Translations under genes and position numbers: made by a program
Assembly (NCBI GenBank): GCA_951406725.2
Contig: OX597822.1
Coordinates: forward strand, 23,250,001 to 23,314,000
Length of the DNA stretch: 64,000 bases
DNA from: Octopus vulgaris
Taxonomy: Eukaryota
Reading direction: 5' to 3'
In this document: in pieces, positions 1-12,840 of the stretch
Layout of the letters: each line of letters opens with the position of its first letter
How positions within the stretch are numbered: position 1 is the first letter of the stretch
The notes under the pieces: generated by a model
The model's input: the letters and a program-made list of their open reading frames with translations, nothing else
Databases searched by the model: none
Told to the model about the DNA's origin: nothing

Positions 1-1145
1 TTTGAGTTAAGTGCATATGTAATGTAGGCACGCAGGTTTACACAGCATGTTATGACAGCTGTATTTAACATTTTCACTCAGAGGAATAGCAGAAAATACT
101 TTCGACAAAATAATATCTTCCCATGCATACGCATAGATACACAAAGTCATACACAACCTTCTGTGCGTGTGTGTGTGTGTTTCTGGCTCTCTCTCAAACG
201 CACATATACATGTGCACGCACACATGCACGCGCACACAAACATACCAATAGTGTCCTCCTAGTCACCTATGTTGTGCAAATCATATGTTAAGCAAATTAA
301 GCTCATACTGAGTAACGTGTGTGTGTACATGGGCAAATATATGTTTGTGTATGTATATATGTGTATATATATGCATATATATATGAATATATGTGTGTAT
401 GTATGCATATATATATGCATGTGTATGTATGTGTGTGTGCATGAGTGTACATACACACACCTATATATATATCTACTGCTTCATTGAAATTTCAAACAGT
501 GTCTATTAGGGGAAGCTGAGAGACAAGGCCTAACAGACACTTGTATATTATCAAGATAGACAAATAGTGGTGGTGGTGGTAGTAGTAGTAGTAGTAGCAG
601 CATACAAAATCCCTATGAATGTCTGCGTGCGTGGGAACGATTTTTGTCTCACAGAACCAAAAACCCATTAGACATTAATCCTAGTCCCCACTAGGTTAAC
701 AAACTTAGTGAATGTTACGACAAAGATGGTTGCTGCTTGGTTGGTCAGTCTCAATCCCGCAGACCTATGATCCAAAACTGTTCCAGACCCATAAACATCC
801 GTTTAACTTATTTTTCTTCAAGTTTACCTAAGGTATCAGTTTTCTTTAATATTATGGTATGTTGAATTTTGAGGGAATTTTTAGCTGCTGTTTCTAGTGA
901 ACAAAAACACCCCCATGTATGGTCTCACTGATTGGTTCAGCATAATCTATGATTTATTTAGTTCTTACAGTCCTCTCCACTTAAAGCCATATTCTACCTA
1001 TTTTATGTCCAAACTGGGCAGATCCAGCCTCTCTACAATATCATTCTAAAAATACACAAACACACCATTGAAATCTCTTGAAGCTACAAAATAATCTGTG
1101 ATCAATGAAAAACAATGTGAATAAATAAGCATTACATTTAACAAA

Positions 1146-1436
1146 TTCTGTTGTGCCTGGGGAGAGACATTTTCTTTTTGTGCCTTATAACACACTCACC
1201 GGTAAAATTTCCACTTTTTTCTTATTTTTATTTCCCTAAAATTTTCGATAGTCTTGATTGAAAATGTTGCAAGAAGCAATGGAAATTTTAGGACAATAAA
1301 AATAAGTGGAAATTTTACCGGTGAGTGTGTTATATTATAAGGCACAAAAAGAAAATGACTCTCCCCAGACACAACAGAATATGCTTCAACACACAAACTC
1401 ATATAAAGAATCTTGCAAACCAAATCCCAAAACGAA
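1146..1436. mobile_element. Fold-back (palindromic) element with 12-bp TSD
   Basis: Arms of about 100 bp are inverted around about 1255, with a longer right arm. Flanked by ACATTTAACAAA at 1134-1145 and 1437-1448. Confidence 0.8.
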
Positions 1437-1979
1437 ACATTTAACAAAGAAATCTTAATACTAAAGGGCTATATACAAACCCTAAATAACAAACTGGGAC
1501 AATATCACAGTTTGATGGGCCTCGGTCGCTGTAGCAGACATGACAGAGGCTTTATATATTTGTTTATTCCAAGGTCAATTTGATTTAACAACCCTTTGCT
1601 TAACAGTATTCCAGTCCTGATTCTTAAACTCTTTATGAGTGCCTAGGACTTATATTATCTAAACTGTTCTTGTACATTTTTTAACAAATAAAAGCAGTAT
1701 GAAATAATTTGGAAGAGTTTTGGCTGCTTTTATTTCTAGTAGGGTCATGTGACAAAAGAAACTCCCCTTGGCCTGGTTATATCTAGTTTGTTTGTAGGAC
1801 AACAAGCCAAATTGATCAATTATTTAAATTTGGTACTAATTAGTTAATTTTCAGTATTACTACTTCATATATTGTAATCATAAACAGTGTTCATAATAAA
1901 GCATTTTTTAGTGAGGATTAACAGTACCGGAGATGACTTATAAATAACCAACTGGTGTTTTAGTAACTGTGGAGACTAA

Positions 1980-2297
1980 TCTCTCTATATATAAAGCTGA
2001 AGTTGTCTGTGTATGGCAGGTTTGGTAGCCTTCAACTAACACTATCTCCTCTGAGACCCTGCGATGCAAGTTGACCAAAATTTATTTACATCAAAAAGGT
2101 GCTTTTTTTTTTTCTACGAAAATCCCTATTTTTTATGATTTTTTGACTGCTGTGTCGCCATTTTTCGGTGTATTTCAACCAGAAAAATGTTCACTTAAAG
2201 AATATAACAAGCTATATAATGCAAAATTTTTACTTTTCAAAAATTCCAATTCTAAAGGATCGAAATGAACCCGAGCAACGCCGGGCGATACTGCTAG
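1980..2297 (+). mobile_element. Non-autonomous Helitron
   Basis: Inserted between A and T. It has a 5' TC(TCTCTATATATAAAG), a subterminal hairpin CCCG-agcaacgc-CGGG and a 3' CTAG. Confidence 0.82.
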
Positions 2298-2889
2298 TTT
2301 ATACTAACTGATTAACTAATGTCATTTATTCTGAGAATATATTCTGGGAAGCCAGAATTCTTGAATTCTATAAATACTGTAATTGGAGTCGATGATGTTG
2401 GAAATGGTTGTGTAACAACCAGCAACATGGCTGCAGTTAATATTCTCAAAGACCTCAACAGTCCTTTTATAAACCAAAAGGTTATCAGGGCTTCAACTTC
2501 AAGAATGTGGGCAGAAAACAAAACAAAAAAACATGGCTCTCTGCTATCATCAACAATGACACAGAAAGAAACAGCTGCAGAATTCATATCGGGTGATATA
2601 TAACAGCAGGGGGGATAGACACAGAATTAAAGATATACATTAAACTCAAACCAGCACATCATCATTATTTGGCATTATTTTAATATCCACTTTTCCATTC
2701 TTACAAAAAGCAGATGGGAATTCCTTGAGGTAGACTTTCTATGGTTGGATGCCCTTGCAGTCACCAACTCTCATTATTTTTCAAGCAATATTTTGCCATG
2801 ATAGAACAGGTTTTTCATGAAAAAGTGGAAATGAAGGATACTGCTTATATGACAGTGGCACTCATTTACAATTATTATTATTTGCACCC

Positions 2890-3347
2890 AGTCGTTGCCA
2901 GTGCCGCTAGACTGACTCCTGTGCAGGTGGCAAGTAAAGAAACACCGTTTCGACCCTGTGCTTGAGGAGACCTATTGAGTCAAGTAACATCAACATCAAA
3001 AATCAATGGAAATTGTAGTTGTGATACCTGTGCTGGTGTTACGTGAAAAGCACCATCCAAACGTGGCCAATGCTAGCGCCGCTTTGACTGGCTTCTGTGC
3101 CGGTGGCACGTAAAAAGCACCAACCCATCGTGGGTGTTGCCAGCCTCACCTGACACCTGTGCGGGTGGCACGTAAAAAGCACCCACTACACTCACGGAGT
3201 GGTTGGCGTTAGGAAGGGCATCCAGCTGTAGAAACATTGCCAGATAAGACTGGAGCCTGGTGCAGCCTTCTGGCTTCCCAGACCTCGGTCAAACCGTCCA
3301 ACCCATGCTAGCATGGGAAGCGGACGTTAAACGATAATGATGATGAT
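2890..3347 (+). mobile_element. Retroposon family C ((GAT)n tail, internal tandem units)
   Basis: GAGTGGTTGGCGTTAGGAAGGGCATCCAGCTGTAGAAAC..GGACGTTAAACGATGATG. The 5' part is built from repeated gtggcacgtaaaaagcacc units. Confidence 0.85.
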
Positions 3348-4645
3348 TTTAAAAATTAAACTGAAACAAAAGCAATGTATATACGCAAAAATATGGTAAC
3401 AAAATGGTCTGTGAGTCTCATTCAGAAATGATATCTGTGAGGGCTCAGTGCTTTGATATTTTCTCCTAACTACTTAGACTGTTTTCGTAATCTAAAAATG
3501 TTCCATCAAAATTTCATGGTAACTTATGTGCCAAACACCAGCTTAATAACAACAAAGTTATTTTATTAAATTCTTCATGATTTTCGAAAGCAACTGAAAC
3601 AAAATCAGTGCAATTCAGTCAAAATATGGTAAGAAAAGGGTTTATGTGTCTAAATTGGTTTGAAATTTCTCCCAACAACTTAAAAGTCTTTCTTTTGTGT
3701 AACTAATACCATTGCTGTAGTAATTCTTTCCTCTACCAGGTCACAATGCACTTTCATCTTAGCTTGCCATCGTACATCTACATTAAAATGTCCACACCAA
3801 ATTAGTCATCGTTTCTTTTACGAATATCATCTGCACGTTTCTAAAAATCTGATACTTCAACAGTATCAATGCACATAATTCCTCCCTTGTGCTAGTAGCA
3901 GCGCAGTTTGTAAGCAAATAACAGAAATTTGAACTACAAATTTGTAGCTGGCCTTTAACAATATAGTAGAAAGAAGGGTAGGGGGTGGAGAAAAGAAAAA
4001 AAGAAACAAACAAACAAATAGTAAGCTAGTAGTGATTGCCATCCCCAAAAATGCACTGAATTATATGAGAACATGCATGATCTCCCAATTTCATATCAGT
4101 ACATGTTAGTCAAATACTATTTATGGTTAAATGTTGTGTACTTAGTTTCAATTTACTAAACGATACAAGGCTTCAGACTCATTCATAAGAGAATTAACGA
4201 CACACTCTCACCACACTTGCCACACAAACATATATGTAGTAGTAGTAGTAGTAGCAGCAGCAGCAATAACAGTGGCATGGGGAGCAGTATTTATTATCTT
4301 CATGAAAAGAAAAAAAAGAATTAAAATTTTCATTGTTTTGCTTTAATAACTTTGCACTGCAGATTTGCAGATTTTCAACGATAATTACTTTCTTTTCATC
4401 GCAGTTTGAATATCAGCATCATTTTTCTTTTTGTCATTGTCCTTGTTTTAATCTCTACTTTTCCAAGCTTACATGGGTCAGATGAGAGTGTACATTGGAC
4501 TGACCAAAGTTTTCTATGGCTGGATGCCCTGCCTTTTGCTTACAAAGATTACACAACATGTCAAGAAGCCTGGACATGCTTTCTGCTGTGGACTTGCAAG
4601 CAAACAACACAGTCTGTATGAACAGTGATGCTATTGTTTACAATA

Positions 4646-5032
4646 GGTGCAAGTATGGCTTGTGTGGTAAGAAGCTTACTTCCAATCACATGGTTCTGGG
4701 TTCAATCCCACTGTGTGGCACCTTAGGGAAGTTTCTTCTAGTAGTATCAGACCACCAACCAAGGCCTTGTGAGTTGATCTGGTAGACGGAAACTGAAAAA
4801 AGCCTGTCCTACGTGTGTGTATGTGTGTTTGTATTTGTTCCCCACCACTGGTTGACAACTGGTATTAGTGTGTTTACATTCCCATAACTTAGCTGTTTGG
4901 CAAAAGAGATTGATAGAATGAGTACCAGGCTTTTAAAAAAAAAGTCTTGGGGTCGATTTGTTTGACTAAAAACCCTTCAAGGTTGTGCCCCAGCATGGCC
5001 ACAGTCAGATGACTGAAACAAGTAAAAGATAA
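4646..5032 (+). mobile_element. SINE-A copy
   Basis: Aligns over its full length with 36884-37285 and is CpG-decayed. Confidence 0.88.
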
Positions 5033-5539
5033 ATCAGTGAACACACATGAAGAGGAAAGGAAATACGAGCATACACAAAATCACACACACACACACACGA
5101 TCATCATTTTAACATCTTTTACCAGCTTGAGGAAAAATAGAGGAATCAGTTGGGGCAGAGTTTCTTCTATGGTCAGGTGCCCTCCCTGGCACCAACCTCC
5201 ACTTATTTCCAAAGAGGTAATACTCTCTGGCCTCTATGCAACGAAAAGCCAGACATGGTTATGCAGAGAACTGGAAACAAATGACACTGTATGAACAAAC
5301 CATTTGTTTACAAAGACTGCATAGCATACCAAGCCATGTCAAAAAACCTGGATATGCTTTTGTGGTGAACTTGCCAACAAAATAACATTATCTGCACAAT
5401 GAGTGAGGTCATTCCATTGTCCAGAACCACATGTGAAGAGAAGAGGAAATAGAAACACACATATACACATCATCATTTTAACACTTTATTATTCAGATTA
5501 CTTTGTCAAATGTAATACTTACTTATTCATTGTTTTGAA

Positions 5540-5960
5540 TATCGTTACCAGCGTCACCTTACTGGCACTTGTGCCCCATGCTAGTAAGGTGCCAAGAGCA
5601 CCATCCGAGCGTGATCGTTGCCAGAGCAGCCAACTGGCATCCATGCCAGTGGCACGTAAAAGGACACCATTCAAGCGTGATCATTACCAACATCGCCTTA
5701 CTGGCAACTGTGCTGGTCGCATGTGTAAAAGGATTCGAGCAAGGTCATTACCAGTACCGCCTGACCGGCCCCCGTGCCGGTTGCACGTAAAAAGCACCCA
5801 CTACACTCTCGGAGTGGTTGGCATTAGGAAGGGCACCCAGCTGTAGAAACTCTGCCAGATCAAGATTGGAGCCTGGTGCAGCCATCTGGTTCTCCAGCCC
5901 TCAGTCAAATCGTCAAACCCATGCCAGCATGGAAAGTGGACGTTAAACGATGATGATGAT
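5540..5960 (+). mobile_element. Family C copy
   Basis: Same 3' end and tandem units, inserted in a MITE remnant. Confidence 0.85.
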
Positions 5961-6520
5961 GCATTATCTTGTAACTTAAAGGTTTCAATGATATTGTATA
6001 TTTCTAAAATTACATTGTAGGATATATATATATATTGTAGGATAGGTGTGAGAGGCCAAATCTGGCCAGTTTGAGCAGAAAACAGATAGAATATTGCGAC
6101 TGAATATAGCTGGTTTAAATGCTAAAGTGTGAACAACTATTTTTCCATGCATGTATAGCTCAGCTGACAAGACGTTGGGGTGGAATTTTCTATATTTTGG
6201 ATGTTGTTCCAAACACCAACTCCCACTGGTTTCATAGCAAGATAATAATCTCAAAGCCTATCGAACAAACAACCCAGACATAGTTACATGGAGAACCAGA
6301 AACACATGACACCATATGAATGAGCCTTTTGTTTACAAATATTGTGTGACATGTCAAGAAGCTCAGACATGTTTGTACAATGAATTTTCAAGCAATTGAT
6401 GGCACCATCTGCATGCACCATGAGCCACTGTTTAAAACCAGCAAACCTACAAGAAGACAAAGACAAATACACTATGAACCTCTTTCAGTTTCCATCTACT
6501 AAATCTACCACGAGTATGCA

Positions 6521-6558
<38 letters not shown>

Positions 6559-6986
6559 GGAGACCAAAGTGTACGTATGCCACTATTCCTTCCTGTGCTT
6601 GTTAAATCTTTTGTCCCTGCCGTAAGGCTTTACTTCCACACACGCCAGCTTAATTTTATTCGTCCTTAGTCGAAAGACACCTGTTGTTATGTCCTGTTAT
6701 TTATATTTGTGTAACATTTTTTTTTCCGTCCTTGTTTCGTATATATTCGCTGCTTTCTTCCAAGGAATGTAATGCTCTTAGCTTATTTTTCCTTGGGGCT
6801 GGCCAGATTGGAGCAATCTCGAGTATAACCAACCAAAATTGCAAAGATAATCTGGAACTTGACTGAGGATAGAAAACTCTGAATGATCTGTCCTTATTTT
6901 CTTTGTATCATCTGTCTGAATATTTTATTTTCCTTTTTTCGTTTTACCTAACTGTCTGGATGTTTTGCGTTCACATCCCATTTTTG

Positions 6987-7024
<38 letters not shown>

Positions 7025-7570
7025 TTTTTGCATAATGAGATTCATATATACACACGCTGACATAGAACCAACATCGAACCCTTTATTTGCATTATTACTG
7101 AATCTGGAACTTAACTATGGTCTGTCTATAGCACTTATTCAGCATTACCTGACACCTTTGGGTCTCAATGACACCATTATCTCTTATATATATATATATA
7201 TATATATACAGATAGATATCTCAGTATGTATATGCCTTATACATTATGCATACAAGTGCACAGTGGTAAACATACATAAGCAAAACATATTATACAAGAG
7301 TATTAAAAGATGGGTTACAGCTCGTGGCATCACGCCACACACAGCTGTGAAAAGCATGATTGCCAGTAACTGGATATACCTCAAAATGCTACATCAAGTC
7401 TGCCACATAATAAATGACTGCGAAGAATTGGGTGCAACCCATAAATATTGTTTCATTTTCTTCAAATTTTGACTAATTAAAAATTCTTTTTTGGAACAGT
7501 GAAACTTGAAGCAGATAAAGCTATAAATAATAGCATGTAAATATTGGGTTAAAAACTCTTTGGATAGAAA

Positions 7571-7659
7571 AATTCAAAGGCTACCCATAGGACATGAGCC
7601 CACATCATCTGTAGACATGGCAGGCTTTATACCATTGTACTAAAGCAGTCCTTTGAATT
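7571..7659 (-). pseudogene. Degenerate tRNA-like sequence inside a repeat (second copy 17466-17551)
   Basis: Minus strand GACTGCT-TTAGTACAATGGTA...GTGGGCTCATGTCCTAT-GGGTAGCC shows acceptor, D-arm and T-arm remnants. It is bracketed by the inverted repeat AATTCAAAG/CTTTGAATT. Confidence 0.5.
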
Positions 7660-7889
7660 AGTTTATCCACTTTGGCAGTTTTATTCTTACCAGCAAAAAT
7701 TGTATGTTGTTGATGTCATGAGAATTTATAAGCTTCAAGATGATGTGCAATAATTCTCTTCAGTTCATTATATCACATCAAATATGGTAACTTGCACCTA
7801 ATTATACATTCTTGGTGCAGAAGGCACCCTTGGGAAATTTCCTACTGTCATGCATTCCATCTAAGCTTTGCAGTATTATGGAGGTACCA

Positions 7890-8121
7890 TTTCTTTATTA
7901 CCCACAAGGGGCTAAACATAGAGGGGACAAACAAGGACAGACATAGGTCCTAAGTCGATTACATCAACCCCAGTGCGTAACTGGTACTTAATTTATCGAC
8001 CCCGTAAGGATGAAAGGCAAAGTCGACCTCAGCGGAATTTGAACTCACAACGTAACAACAGATGAAATACAGCTACACATTTCGCCCGGCGTGCTAACAT
8101 TTCTGCCAGCTCACCGCTCTA
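7890..8121 (-). mobile_element. SINE-B with 16-bp TSD
   Basis: TATTATGGAGGTACCA at 7874-7889 and 8122-8137. Confidence 0.9.
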
Positions 8122-8684
8122 TATTATGGAGGTACCACAGCTCTTTTGCGTAGTCTATAAAATGACAACTGCCAAAAATGAAGATTCAAAAAGAATTTTG
8201 GAAGGAGATAATCAACAAAGTGTCCAATATTTTCAAAAATTCAAAGATAATCAAATACGCTGCTCAGCATACAAACCCGCCACCCCTCTACTACCTCCAT
8301 AAACACCTGATAATATTTCTGCAATCATATCATGAAAGGGAGCAGGCAGCATAATAACAGAGATATGATGTGAATGGATGGCGGCATAGTAAATCGATTA
8401 AAAAAAAAAAAAGGCGTTTTCTAGTTGAAATATTCTTGATCAGCTCTGCTTAGATAAAAACCATTGCACAGAGAACCAATTAATCAAATGATTAGAAGCA
8501 ATCCTCAGATCCAACCTGTGTGTTTATCTCAGTGGTTCTTGACCACTCTTAGCTCAGAACCACATTTCACAGAATGGTGTTTTACAAACAAAGAAATAAA
8601 AAAAAAGAAAAAAAAAAGATTATTTTAATCCAAACAGGAGCTATTCTGCGCAGTTGTTTATTGCATGTATTTTCTTATACTATG

Positions 8685-9200
8685 CACAAGTGTGGATGCA
8701 TGGTTAAGAAGTTAGCTTTCCAGTCATGAGGTTTGGGGTTCAGTCTCATTGTGTGGTACCTTGGTTGGCCTGAGGTTAACCAGAGCCTTATGAGCGGATT
8801 TGGTAGATGGAAACTGAAAGAAGCCTTTCATATCTTTAACTTGTTTCAGTTATTAGACCATGGCCATGCTGGGGCAGTGCCTTAAAGAATTTTTAGTCAA
8901 ATGAATTGACCCCAGTACTTATTATTTTTTAAGCCTGCTACTTATTCTATCATTCTATTTTGCTGAACTGTTAAGTTACAGGGATGTAAACACACTAACA
9001 CCAGTTGTTAAGTGGTGGTGGGAAACAAACACAAAGACACAAACACACACATTCACATATGACGAGCTTCTTTCAGTTTCCGCCTACCAAATCCACTCAC
9101 AAGGCTATAAAAGAAGACACTTGCCTAAGGTGTTATGCAGTGGGACTGAACCCAGAACTATATGGTTGGGAAGCAAACTTCTTATAACTCAGCTACATGT
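8685..9200. mobile_element. Two adjacent SINE-A copies in opposite orientation (+ 8685-8825, - 8835-9200)
   Basis: A 5' half on the plus strand followed by a near-full copy on the minus strand. Confidence 0.8.
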
Positions 9201-9731
9201 GTATAGGTAGATGTGTATAGGTGTGTATATGTGTATATAGGTGTGTAGATGTGTATAGGTGTGTATATGTTTGGTTTTTTTTACTTTACATCATGTGGTA
9301 GTTTTAAATGAGTGTCTCAGTCATAAAAACAGTGTCGTTTGTTTCCAGTCTTCTACAAAAATCATGTCCAGTCATAAGGAAATGTTACCCTGTATGGTAA
9401 GAGGTTGGCCACAGGAAGGACATCAAGCCATAGAAAATTGGTTGCAACAAATTCCATCCTACCCATGCAAACATGTAAAAGTGGACGTTAAAATATTGGT
9501 TTCAAATTTTGGCACAAGGCCAGCAATTTCAGGTGAGTGGGGGAAGTCAATTACATCAACGTCAAAATGATGAACGACAAAGTCAGTCTTGGCAGAATTT
9601 GAACTCAGAATGTAAAGATAGATGAAATGCGCCTGGCATGCTAACAGTTCAGCCAGCAGCCACCTTAGCGAATGTTAAAATAATGATAATGAGTTGATGC
9701 AGAGTAAGTCCCATTTAAATTTTTACATAGA

Positions 9732-10200
9732 CTGGCATTAGGAAGGGCATCCAGCTGTAGAAACTCTGCCAAATCAAGATTGGAGCCTGGTGCAGCCATC
9801 TGGTTCGCCAGCCCTCAGTCAAAATTGTCCAACCCATGCTAGCATGGAAAGCGGACGTTAAACGATGATGATGATAGACTAGTGTCCCCCCACTGTTAAA
9901 TTTTTAGTGAAATTACTAAAAATAAAAGGCAGGGACTTCATCATCATCATTTAATGTCTGTCTTCTATGCTGGATGGTTTGACTGAAAACTGGTAAGCTG
10001 GGGAGTTGTACCAGGTTCCAATCTGATTTTGGCATGGTTTCTATGGTTGGATGTCCTTCCTAATGCCAACCACTTTACAGAGTGTAATGGGTATTTTTTA
10101 CATGCCACTGGCACAGGTGCCAGTTGTATAACACTGGCATCGGCCACATGTATGATATCACTTGGCTTGACAGGTCTTCTCAAGCACAGTATATTGCCAA
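9732..10200. mobile_element. Two family C copies tail-to-tail (+ 9732-9875, - 9938-10200)
   Basis: Both carry the family C 3' end, in opposite orientations. Confidence 0.78.
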
Positions 10201-11790
10201 AGGTCTTGTATAATAAAATTATTCTAGTCCCTGACACATCATTAGTCATGTTTCTACTCATTTATAACGTAATAGGCTACTTGTATTCAAATCCCGACAA
10301 AAGATTTTCTTCTAAATGTTTTTAAATTCATACCTTACTGCACCTGGTTTAAATATTTTATTTCTCAGAAAAATCACAAATCTTCTAAACATTGAACAAC
10401 CCCACTCCCTGCTGTAGTGTCCTAATGGGAGGTCACAATACCCTCAAGGGACAGGGAGAGCTACTGTTCAGTTGAAAAAAAACCCAAAAAAACACACACA
10501 CACAAAAAAAAATAAATTATTTCAAGCCTCATCATAATATTGGTATCACACCTGCAGTTCTCGCACATTTATTGTGAATATGTCCTCTTAAGATTTAGGG
10601 TTTTAAAATTCCCTTCTCCAATTTTTTTTAAAGATGGTATTTTTTTAAGGAGATTTGGTTGTTAGTTTCTTTAAGCAGTTTGAATATGATTATATGGAAG
10701 GAGAAGTTCTTGATCTTTCCTCATCAGCAAGTGTGAGACCTGCAAGTATGTGTGGTGTGTATACACAGGAGAAGTAATATATCAAGAGGAAAGATATACA
10801 TGTAAAGACTAGATGATGATTAAGTCTGCCTTAGTACAGTAAAACTCAGCTGTATTTCATCTTTGAATTTAATCAGTCTGTCACAGGTGAGAAATTATTA
10901 CAAAAAAAAAAGAAAAGAAAACAGGAAAAACGCATTAAAAAAATCCTCTAAATCATTATTTATTATAATAAGGATTTTCTTTAATCCCTCTTCCCCCACT
11001 CATCTTCTTCCTCTTTTATATAAAATCATTCTTGCATCTGCATTTGTTTTCATAAAATGTATATGGATTTCTATTTGCAGTGAATGCATGTGTGTACATA
11101 GGCACACATATATATATATGAGTATATGCACAAATGTATCTTGTGTTGTGTGTGATGCATGTGCACAGATCAAATGAAACAAACAAAATGTTGTTTACAA
11201 AACATTGAGATCGAAACTATCATTAAGTAGATAAGCCTTCCTAAACCTCCTGGCTGATTGTACAAGGAGAAATTAGTCACTTTAAATCATGTGGATATAA
11301 GACGGGCTAATCTGGGGAATTTAAAACCATACTTTGTTCAATGAAACAGGTGGCTGGTGAGATACAACCCACTACCCACACTGCCACCACTGATCTACAA
11401 TGCTTTATATTGATTTCAATTATAAATCACTTGGACAGGTGAGGAGTTCAAAAGACCACTTCATTGGACGATACCCTTTTTTGCTGCTCATATTTTACAT
11501 CCTATTAAGGTGGTGAGCTGGCAGAGTCAGTAGAACACCAGGCAAAATGTTTAGTGACATTTCATTTAACTTTATGTTCTGAGTTCAAATTCTGTCAAGG
11601 TTGACTTTGCTTTTCATCCTTTTGGGGCTACCCTGTACACCCTAAAAAGTGTTTGGTATTAGGAAGGGCATCCAGCTGTAGAAACCATGCCAAAACAGAC
11701 AATGTAACCTGGTGTGACCCCCTGGCCTTGCCAGTTCCTATCAAGCCATCCAACCCATGCCAGTATGGAAAATGGATGTTAAATGTTGAA

Positions 11791-11823
<33 letters not shown>

Positions 11824-12555
11824 CACACACACACACAAGGAGGTGTTCTTTCAGTGTGCATCTAGCGGATCCAATCATAAGGCTTTGATTGGCTTCAGGT
11901 TTCAGTAGAAGACACTTACCCAAGGTGCCACAAGTGGGACTGAACCCAAAACCATGTGGTTAGGAAGCAAACTTCTCAACCACACAGCCATGCCTATATC
12001 TATATATAATCAAATAAAGCCACTACTACTACCATCTCTTCTTATTTTATTAGCTTTGATAAAATGAAAAACGAATAAAAATAAATATCTCAGCTCTAAT
12101 GAGCTGCTGGCTCTCTGCAAAGTTTGGATAAATCCACAATGGAATATTGCTTCAACATCTGAGAATAGTATTACATTGTGACACACACACACACTAGGCT
12201 ACATCTAAAAGAAAGCCATCTAACTGCCTGGCATGCATACTTCATGGTCTTTACTATAATTACTGCCATTCCAACTGGTATTAAAGTATTTAGATTATTA
12301 ACAACTATCTATGGATTTCCTGTTAAATATTCTTCACCTATATCATGACCACTAAAATTTATTTCCCGTTAAAAGAAAAAAAAACTGACCTACCAAAACA
12401 CACAGAAAACTCTGGTTTACAGACCTGCTGTCTTTTCATGGCATATTGCATACTTTTAAGGTGATCAGTTTCTTTGGACTAGCATATTGCAAACCAACTG
12501 TTCCATTATTTCAAGTAAGTTCTGTGTTTTTTAAACACAGAAATCTCTGAGATTT

Positions 12556-12840
12556 TTGGATTTGGTTTGCAAGATTCTTTATGTGAGTTCGTGTGTTGAA
12601 GCATCTTCTGTTATGTCTGGAGAGAGTAATTCTCTTTTAGTGCCTTGTAATTTAACACACTCACTTGTAAAGATTCCACTCATTTATTTATTTAAAATAA
12701 TTTTTCGGTGATTCTTGCAACCTTTTCAATAGTTGTTGGAAAGGTTGCAAGAAAAATTTTAGAAAAATAAATAAGTAAATGAGTGGAAACTTTACAAGTG
12801 AGTGTGTTAAATTATAAGGCACTAAAAGAGAATGACTCTT
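12556..12840. mobile_element. Second copy of the fold-back element
   Basis: Same arm sequence (gtgccttataatttaacacactcac..gtaaa..ttccact) inverted around about 12732, with a longer left arm. Possible degenerate TSD tctctgagattttt / tctttgagatgttt. Confidence 0.75.

Noticed and set aside
2312-2603. Overlapping ORFs of about 90 aa on both strands in unique sequence
   Set aside because: No recognisable homology or splice structure.
6860-6892. CTGAGGA-T-AGA-aaac-TCT-GAAT hammerhead-like motif
   Set aside because: It lacks A15.1 and has no clear stem I or III. Worth rechecking only at family-consensus level.
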